NCBI GenBank assembly: GCA_963693365.1
Contig: CAVNZM010000013.1
Span: 5,322,640-5,386,639, forward strand
Length of the DNA stretch: 64,000 nt
Direction: 5' to 3'
Source: Amoebidium appalachense
Taxonomy: Eukaryota > Protista > Ichthyosporea
Shown: positions 51,854-64,000 of the stretch, piece after piece
How the letters are laid out: every line of letters begins with the position of its first letter
Position numbering within the stretch: the first letter of the stretch is position 1
Program-made: the position numbers and the translations under genes
The notes under the pieces: model-generated
Seen by the model: only the letters and a program-made list of their open reading frames with translations
Databases searched by the model: none
Told to the model about the DNA's origin: nothing

Positions 51854-55217
<3,364 letters not shown>

Positions 55218-56221
55218 CTGTATGAGACGTCAGCCCGTACTGATGATTTATCGTACGTTCGTTGATGGGTTTCAAGTGCACTGCTGCCGGGTGCCCCCCC
55301 CCCCCCCCCCCCCCCCCCTTCCTCCCTCTCCCTCCCTCCCCTCCCTCCCCCCTCTCCCCCTCCCCTCCTTCCCCCCCCCCCCTCCCCCCCCCCCTCACCC
55401 CCCCCTCCCCCAACCACCACCACCACCACCACCACACACAAAAAAAAAGAGAAAAGAAAAAAAGAGAAGAAAGGAAAATTCCTCTTCACCTCCCGTCCCC
55501 CTCCCTCCCCCTTTCCCTCCCCCCCGGCCCTCCTTCTCCCCTCCTCCCCACCCACCCCCCCCCCCCCCAACCCCACCCTCCACCCCACGCCCCACCTTCG
55601 CCTATCCCCCCTTCCCTTCTCCCCCCCCCCCCCCCCCCCCTCCCTCGGGGTTTTTGATGTCCTGATGGTATCACCGGTTGGTGGCAAGCACATACAGTAG
55701 CTGCCAATCTCAAACCACAACACTTGTGGTCTCTTCGAGTAAAAAAAACGCCTAAATTGCAGAGCGGAGGATAGGCACACATACCTGGAAGCCTCCAAAA
55801 AAAGAAGTTGAATTACTGTAAACTCAGATTGCCGGGTTTCAGTCGCAAATGTATACCACCTAAATACATATTACCTTCCTGTAGAACTGGTCTTTCTCTA
55901 GCTGATGGTATTATTGATCAATTACCACGCTTTTACTGTACACGTGCTATACAGTGGAGATCTAATAAGTATAAGGTGGCATCGTTTGCATGCCCAAACA
56001 ACACACAGACACACCAGTTTAAACGGTCATGTATCGCCAAATGTAGTTTGATAGACCACATAATACCGCAACACACACACGTCACATTCACAAAAGACAC
56101 CCAGAAAGATAGCCTACCTGTAAATTACAACATCCTTGATTTTATACTAAACACGCGTAACTACGACCTGTTTATTAGATGTATTGATTGGCTTGAGAAA
56201 CACATCACTACAAAATTATAG

Positions 56222-56368
<147 letters not shown>

Positions 56369-56399
56369 CCAGCTGATACCGAGTGTCCCAGGGGAGTCC

Positions 56400-56440
<41 letters not shown>

Positions 56441-56549
56441 GGGGAACCCCAACTAATTGATTTCTCTTAGTCTTTATGGTGTCTCGTAGAGAAAGTAAAC
56501 CCTGATATATAGTCATCACCCGACATCTATGTACGTGATCATGATATAC

Positions 56550-56630
56550 CGCTGAGGGGATATTCCGAGCAAAAACTCCCCCATACCTGAGGCTGGTTTC
56601 TCTTTGCCTCGAGTAAACAGCGTAAACCCC
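56550..56630. repeat. Dispersed repeat family B, copy 2
   Basis: Matches 19377-19460. Confidence 0.8.
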
Positions 56631-56765
56631 TTTATGACTTCGTATCTAATATGGCTGTTCTCTTGGGTGGGCCCCAGCCCTAGCTTGTGTATAGGCCCGT
56701 TAATGGGGTGTTAAGAGAATGTCTGCTTGAGCTTGGGTGGATGGTTTTGGAGGTATACATGGCTA

Positions 56766-56838
<73 letters not shown>

Positions 56839-57206
56839 AAGGACTGGTGACCACGCGCTATTACGCCGCTGGGGGAGAATAACAGCACTGCAGAGAGAGA
56901 GCAAATGAGGATTGTCGGTGGTGTGTTTTAGGAAAGGGGAGATCCAGACGTGTGGGCACGGACGGACAACAAGGGGAGGCCTACTCTGTGGTGGGGTCTC
57001 TTGCAACGAAAGTGAATAGTTCGGGAAATGTGGTGAAGGGAAAGGGGAAAAGAGGAAAGGGGGGAAGGAGGGGAGGGAAGTACTAGTGTGGGAGGAGTGA
57101 TATAAAGGGAAGAGGGAGACAGGAGGTGTGGGGTAGGGTGGGGTAGGGTGACGGTGGGGTAGGTTGAATAAGGGTGATTGGGAGTGGAAGAGAGAGGGAG
57201 AGAGGT

Positions 57207-57355
57207 GCATCAGGGTACCTTTAAATGGCTGTTTGGTGTTGCGAACACTTGGTAGCGTGGGCTAGGGGGTGCAGGGGTTGCAGGGGTTGCAGGGTTCGAA
57301 GGCCCAGGGTCGGGATTCGGTTGTTTTGATTGGTGCACAATGTTGGTCTGGGTGG
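57207..57355 (-). repeat. Identical 149-bp duplicate of the linker exon 3' part and its donor site (55047-55195)
   Basis: Base-for-base match at an offset of 2160 bp. Weaker homology continues upstream (VISHRLTPTQ vs VISYRAVTTQ). Confidence 0.9.
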
Positions 57356-57395
57356 GAGTAAGACGGTGGGATATCACACAGAGTAAGACTGTGGC

Positions 57396-57748
57396 CTTTA
57401 CCTATCGGATATACTTCAACTATCTGTTATACTTAACCCATCTGATATAGTTATATTATCTGATGTAGTTTACCTATCTGATATACTTTACCTATATGAC
57501 ATACTTTACCTATCTGACATACTTAACCTATCTGATATAGTTATTTATCTGATGTACTTTACCTATCTGATAAGGCTTAACCTATCTGATAGTACTTAAC
57601 CTATCTGATACACTTAACCGGCTATCTGATATACTTAACCTATCTGATATACTTTACCCATCTGATATACTTTACCCATCTGATATACTTAACCTATCTG
57701 ATATACTTTACCCATGTGATATACTTTACCTATCTAATATACTCTACC
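57396..57748. repeat. AT-rich minisatellite, ~20-bp unit TACTT(A/T)ACC(T/C)ATCTGATA
   Basis: About 16 tandem imperfect copies are directly visible. Confidence 0.92.
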
Positions 57749-58370
57749 TTTGTTGTTGAGTTTGCTCAGCCGCACTGCCAGTTGCCTACATGTACATTCC
57801 CCGTCCCCCCCTCCCCCCCCCCCCCTCCCCCCCCCCGCTCCCCCCCACCTTCCATCTTTCCCCCTTTCTCTCTCCTGCCTTCTCCCCTCCCCACCCTCTG
57901 TTCTACCTCCTCCCCCCCCCCCCCCCCCCCCCCCCCCCTCGCCCTACCCCCCCCACAAAAAAAATGAATGAATGAAAGAAAAAAGCAAAACAAAGCGAGA
58001 TGATATTTTTGTGTGTTCAGATACTACCGGATAGGGCCAAGCACCCATTGCCAACCAGCAAACCTCTAACCCCATAGCAACAGTGGTCTAAACAGCTCTT
58101 CCCAATTATGCACGTCTCACAGAGTTTATACGGAAGATATCGTGAGTCACGCGCTTGTCTTCATCATTTGTGTGAACTCTTTTCCTATAGATGCTTTAGC
58201 CCCTTTTGTGGATCATCGGTTAACACTTCTCCCCCAAGTCCGTCACTCTTACTCTTTGTACTAACACTTCATGCTAAGCAAATATAATGCACACAAACTG
58301 ATGTAGCAGGGGCGAGGAGGTTTTGGTTATGGTGGTGGTGGTGGTCGTGTGCGTGTGTGTGTGTGCGTGT

Positions 58371-58401
<31 letters not shown>

Positions 58402-58472
58402 GGGGAGGGGGGAGGGGGCAAGGAGGGGGGTGGATTGGGGTGGGCGGGGAGATGATTGGGGTTGTGGGAACT

Positions 58473-58506
<34 letters not shown>

Positions 58507-58604
58507 CGGAGGGAGGATGGGAGGGGAGGGGAAAGGGAGGAAGAGGGGGGGGGGGGGGAGGGGAGGGGAGATTGTCCCGGTTGCACCACGAAAGCTATAC
58601 TCAC

Positions 58605-58912
58605 GTATGGTCGAAGGAGACCACAAATTATAGTTTTCCTTGCAGCAACAGCAACGTCATAGGGTGTCCGTCCTGCCTGTAAAGGGGTTAAGTGCTAAGA
58701 CTCAGCCTCTTCCCTAATGCCTCCCCCCCCCCCCCCCCCCATCCCCACTTTATTGTCTCTCCCCCCCCCCCCCCCTCCCCCCCCCCCCCCCGTCTTCTGT
58801 TGTGACTTTTTCCCTTCTTCCCCTCTCCCATATCCGCGCTCACTTCCTTCCCCTTTACCTCGCCGAGTCTTTGCCAATTCCTCCCCCCCCCCCCTCCTCA
58901 CCCCCCCCATCA

Positions 58913-58943
<31 letters not shown>

Positions 58944-59303
58944 ACACAAACGCAACCCCTCCCCCCCCCCACCCCCCCCCCCCCACCAACCCCCCGCTCC
59001 CCTCATTTGTCCATTAACCGCACTATTCTTCCTGTCTTTTCTCTCTTCGAACGTTTATTCCACCCCAACCGCCATCCACCCCACCAGATGCCCACCTCTC
59101 TCCTCCTACTATGAAACTACATGCATGCATAGTGAAGGTTGAAGCATTTGGATTCAATAATCAAAGGAAGGAATTAGTCAATAAGTGATAGTGTTCAAGG
59201 TAATAAAAAGAAAGTGCGGAGGAGGGAGGAAGGGGAGAGAGGATGTGGAGATGGATGCAGGAGATGGGGGGAGGGGGGAGGGGTGGGGCTTGTTGGTAGG
59301 AAA

Positions 59304-59337
<34 letters not shown>

Positions 59338-59494
59338 GTAATACTTTGTTCTTGAGGTCTGCACGTGCTCCGTTTGGCAAAAGCCAAGCTACGACCTCTC
59401 TGTGACCATTGCTGGCTGCAAGGTGGAGGGCAGTATCCAGAGTCTGTGTGTGTGTGTGTGTGTGTGTTTGGGGGGGGGGGGGGGGGGATGGTGT

Positions 59495-59525
<31 letters not shown>

Positions 59526-59540
59526 GGAGTGGAAGGGAAG

Positions 59541-59602
<62 letters not shown>

Positions 59603-60226
59603 CACGTGTGCGTGTGGTTTGAGTGGAAGGGGATGGGGTGAGGGCTAAGTTTGCCTTTGGAGGGTGGGGGTGGGGATGGGGTTGGTAGGTGTGCCTGTGT
59701 GTACGTGCAAGCGCTTAAGCGGCCATGCGCGTCCATGTGTGTGTGTGTGTGGCATGAGGTTGCAATCACAGTTGGCCTATTGCTCACAGAGGAGTTTGTA
59801 CATGCGTAATTTTTCTGTTTTTGTAACAAGGATTATAATTTGTTTTTTCTCGTTTCTTTCTTTCTTTTTTTTTTTGGAATGGGAGGGGAGGGGGGGGGGG
59901 GGGGGGGTTGAGAAGGGGGGAGAGGAAGGGGGGAAGGGAGGGGAGAGTGGGGGGGGAGGAGGGAGAGTACCAAACCAATGGGACTACTTCCTTTTTAAGT
60001 CTAGCGAGATACTCTCCAACGCATTGACATCAAAGCCTGCAAGATAACAAGCAAATTGAGTGTTAAAAGCTGAGAAATTTTTCGTTTCCGGAATCTATGC
60101 GTGTATCTGTTAAGTGGTGCACCCACTTGCCTTTTTTGTCTGCACGTCAATCAGATTTGCTGGCAGCTCTTTAACCACCTCAATGTATCCCCTCTCTGCA
60201 GCCATATGCAGCACCGTCTTGCCAAG
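58605..60226 (-). CDS. Ankyrin-repeat exons, probably the N-terminal part of the exonuclease-AAA gene; 5' end not resolved
   Basis: Phase-0 exons: 60226-60131 [32 protein letters not shown] (GC donor GCAAGT); 59443-59345 [33 protein letters not shown]; 58676-58605 [24 protein letters not shown]. Further candidate exons at ~60975-60880 and ~61607-61504. Confidence 0.85.
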
Positions 60227-61681
60227 CTGCAGGGGGTTAATATGAGTTGCAGCCGGAATAGTATAGCGCTCATTCACGGTACTTCCTATATTGCAGGTGC
60301 TAGATAGATCAGATTCTAATAAACGGTTATAATAAGGGTTTTTGTGAATGGGGATGACCTTATAAGCAATAGCTTAAATACGGAAGCACATCTATGCTAT
60401 ACCCACTGACTCAATTGGGGTGATTAGCCTGTGGCACATAGGGTTAAACAAAGTATTCATAGGCCAAGGCCACGGCCATCGAGTCTCTAGATGGCCGTGG
60501 CCAAGGCACACACTACGTCTGTGGACTCATGTACACACGATTTGAGGCACACAATTGGCCCATAGGCACAAACTAGACGAAGTACATGATGTCTAGAAAC
60601 GGACGGGACGACGTGATTACATGTTTTGTTTGTCATCGAACATACCGCGAGGCTGGCAGTCATTCTACCGACGTATTCGAACCCTCGAGCTCGCGCTTAT
60701 GTACTTGGGTTTGAAGTCTCCACACACACACACCATAGGCCTGAAACACAGGCAAAACCGCTGCACAGTGGTACAACAATGGCGCAGTGTGTGTACTGTG
60801 CTGCGAGAGAGTGCAAGGGAGTCTTTGGACGGAGAGGGTCAAAGAGAAGACATGTGGGTGACCATTGGCGGTCACGCACTTTGATGACTTTTAGCGAATC
60901 AAAGAGTTCATAATCCTCTCTTATCCTACCAAGTCCCGACATGTAAAAGAGTTCAGTCGCGGTTAATATTTTCATCTATTATACCATATATGTATGTTTT
61001 TTATATACAAATTCATTATCATGGATTTTAGGCCTACACGCGTATACGAATGTAGCGAGGACGTGAATCTTCGTGGTGGCCGTGGCCCATATATAATACA
61101 TTCCAGGACCAACATGGATATCTGCGCACACCACAATCAGCGGGTGATACATCAACCCGTTATTGCCGGCATATAGTTCGTGTTCGTGTTGATCGAAGAG
61201 TGATGTTTGCCGGCGCGCGCGCACACACACATGTACGTATACACGCACACAATGTTGCGGCACGCGAACTTGGCCCATGTTTTCAGACAAGAGACAAGAT
61301 AAGTGAGGGCGGAACTGAAGACCATCGAGTCATCAACTAAACCAGTTTATGCCCATATTCCTACTTCTTTTGTTGTTTTATAAAAAATATTATTGCCCAT
61401 ATATAGTATGCCATGAAATATTTTATTTGTCTACATATGTTTTTTTCTGCGGCCCCCCGGCTGCAGCTGCAGGGCCCCATGAACTCGGAGTTCGATTCGT
61501 ACGTTCCCCACGTCCTGCATGCGCATGCGCAGGCTCTTCAGGCTCTGCTCGATGCTTTCCCGTTCTCCAGTTTTGACACTCGCTTTGACGCCATATATAT
61601 GCGATACTAATCAGGTTCTAAGCCGGAATAATACTCTTTCAGCTAGTTAGTAATAGTTGAACTGACCAATGATACTGTGAA

Positions 61682-61715
<34 letters not shown>

Positions 61716-61759
61716 TTCTCCCCGACTTTAAACCTTTTTTTTCCCCCTTTCTCTCTCTC

Positions 61760-61944
<185 letters not shown>

Positions 61945-62012
61945 CCTCCCCCCCCCCAGATCTCTCTTTCTCGCTCTCTTTTTATTGAGAGAAGGGAAGA
62001 GCGCGGGGGAAG

Positions 62013-62044
<32 letters not shown>

Positions 62045-62597
62045 ATCGTTGTACATGTCTTTTTAATTAAAAAAAAATATGCACGCCACCGGGCATTCTC
62101 AACAAGTTGTATGTATGCCTGCTGCTGTCCCCCTCCCCCATCCCCCCCCACCATCCCTCCTCCCCCTCTTCCACCCACCGTCCATTCTACCCCCCGCCCC
62201 CTCCCGTCCTCCACAACCGTCCTCATAAAACAACACAACTTTCGAAAACCTGATTCCACGTCCTCCCCCCCCCCCCCCCCCCCCACTCGGCCGCCCCTCT
62301 TCCCCCCTCTCTTCTCCCCACTTTCCCCGACGTTTTTAGACAGAATGACAAGCAAGTGTTTATCAAGTGCAGTAAGGGAAACCACAGCTTGATAAAAAGA
62401 GCTCACGCAGACCTCCCCGTAAGCGTTTTTGCATGCTACAGTATCTCCTCAGGCTTCTCCTTCCTCCCCTCCCCCCCCCCCGACCCACCTTCTCGCCAAC
62501 CCTCCCCACGATTGTACCGTATGATGCGCAGATTAGTTCCCATCCTCCCCCCCCCCTCCCCCCCCCCCCCCCCCTCCCCTCTCCCCCCCCCCCCCCC

Positions 62598-64000
62598 TAT
62601 CAGAATAAATGTGGAGCAGAGGCAGAATTCGGTCCTGTGACCTCTGTAAGAGACAATCACTTCTACATAGCGGATCGAGACTCGGAGTAGAGAGGTTCGC
62701 AGGAAGTGGTTTGAGATCTCGGATCCTCCGGTACCATCTGAGGATGGTCCGGCTGCTTTATATACCTGAGCTAATGCCAGTCCGCGAATACATCGTCCAT
62801 TGGCTATTGGAAAACTGTAGCCCGAACTCACCACACCACACATGTCAACACACACACAACTTCTTTGCAGTGTACAGCAGTTCCCGTAAAGTTTCTCGTC
62901 TGTGCTTAGGGGGTTAGCACACACGCCATGCACCGGCAACACCAGCACGCTTAGCTATAAGGACGCCTGGGGCAGGGACTTTAGCGCTAGTCCACTAGAT
63001 CCATTCTAGACCACACAGTAGATAGGGGGGTGTGGTGACGGCCTCCCCAGGCCTCACCCCTCTTTGGTGTAACTACTGTTGGCTGAGCACCTTATAGCAT
63101 AGCTGGTTTTACACGGTCTGGTCTTGTACACCTACACACACCGACACACAACATAAGTATACGAAAATACAGTGAATACACTACAAAATACACCACCACC
63201 TCCAATAGGATTACAGATTGTCTCTCAGGATAGATCGGGAATATGTACTAGCAAATAGGAAGACAGTTATGGTTCCTGGCGTATGCGGCCCTAGGCGGTC
63301 CCCAAATACGCGGGGGCGGGATAGGCGGGAACAGGCTAAGTACGTGACTGGGAAGAGCAGGAATAAACAGATCATCACTATTCTATTATAACACACCCAT
63401 TCTGCGATATGGCAGCCACTAGCTAGCGAAGGCAGAAATCTATGTCTGCAGAAAGAAAAAGTTACAGGTGATGCATATGCCACATAGCAGCCCTAGTCAG
63501 AGAGACCTAAAATAAGGTGCAGGTATAAAGCATGAAAGTAACGCAAAACTACACTAGCGCTTCAGTCCTTAGAAATCCACTAAGTCTCACACATCCAAGG
63601 CTGGATCCTCTGGCAACTGTTGAGTTGTGAGCATGGCGGTGCTCAGCAGTGTCCTTGTGTAGTAGCGGACCGGAAGATGTTCATGCTGCGACATGAAGAG
63701 AAGTGAAAAGAAGATCTAGAAGATGTACGTCCAGTTGCTGCAGTAGTACCACGGCCGAAGATGAAGTGCATGTAGCTATTCAACGTGTAGCACCGTCCCT
63801 CCTCAGTGCAGTTGAAAATGGTCGTGACGAGCAGAAGTTGACTGGACTTGAGAATGTGGCTTGGAGTAGAAGCTTGTTGATGGACGTGTCTGACAGCACG
63901 TAGGAGTAAGCGCGTGCACCATCTTAAGTGGGCAGTGCCGCCCCTATTCTATGCTACCATATCAGAATAAATGTGGAGCAGAGGCAGGATTTGGTCCTGT
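62598..64000 (-). mobile_element. LTR-retrotransposon-like remnant (direct repeat plus PBS-like site), truncated by the window edge
   Basis: TATCAGAATAAATGTGGAGCAGAGGCAG.ATT.GGTCCTGT occurs at 62598 and 63960. On the minus strand the 63960 copy is followed immediately by TGGTAGCATAG, resembling an initiator-Met tRNA primer-binding site. No RT or integrase is visible. Confidence 0.45.

Noticed and set aside
58028-58260. Possible additional exon between the ankyrin and linker exons
   Set aside because: No phase-0 acceptor giving an open frame was found.
60650-60720. tRNA-like GGTTCGAAT B-box on the minus strand
   Set aside because: No cloverleaf or A-box could be built.

Overview
Eukaryotic genomic DNA with spliceosomal introns packed with (CA)n/(TG)n, (CT)n and poly-C/poly-G tracts. 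Nearly all supplied ORFs are microsatellite noise, so genes were rebuilt by eye from GT-AG exons with phase checks. The gene content suggests a unicellular opisthokont or similar (inference). Genes: (1) + 1341-17827, ~694 aa, two tandem globin domains, a low-complexity/charged linker and a C-terminal Ras-association (RA)-like domain; (2) - 20882-25650, indoleamine 2,3-dioxygenase of the fungal IDO-gamma type; (3) - 33169-40173, TAF8; (4) + 43975-50301, a GLTP-fold lipid transfer protein with an altered headgroup site; (5) - 51854-60226+, ankyrin exons that can splice in frame to a DEDDy 3'-5' exonuclease fused to a Ycf45/SpoIIIAA-like AAA+ ATPase (one frameshift, one unresolved junction). Also present: several MITE-like inverted-repeat elements, two dispersed repeat families, minisatellites, exact local duplications and LTR-like sequence at the right edge. 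The best candidates for novel biology are the globin-globin-RA protein and the ankyrin-exonuclease-AAA protein. No database searches were possible, so novelty is untested.
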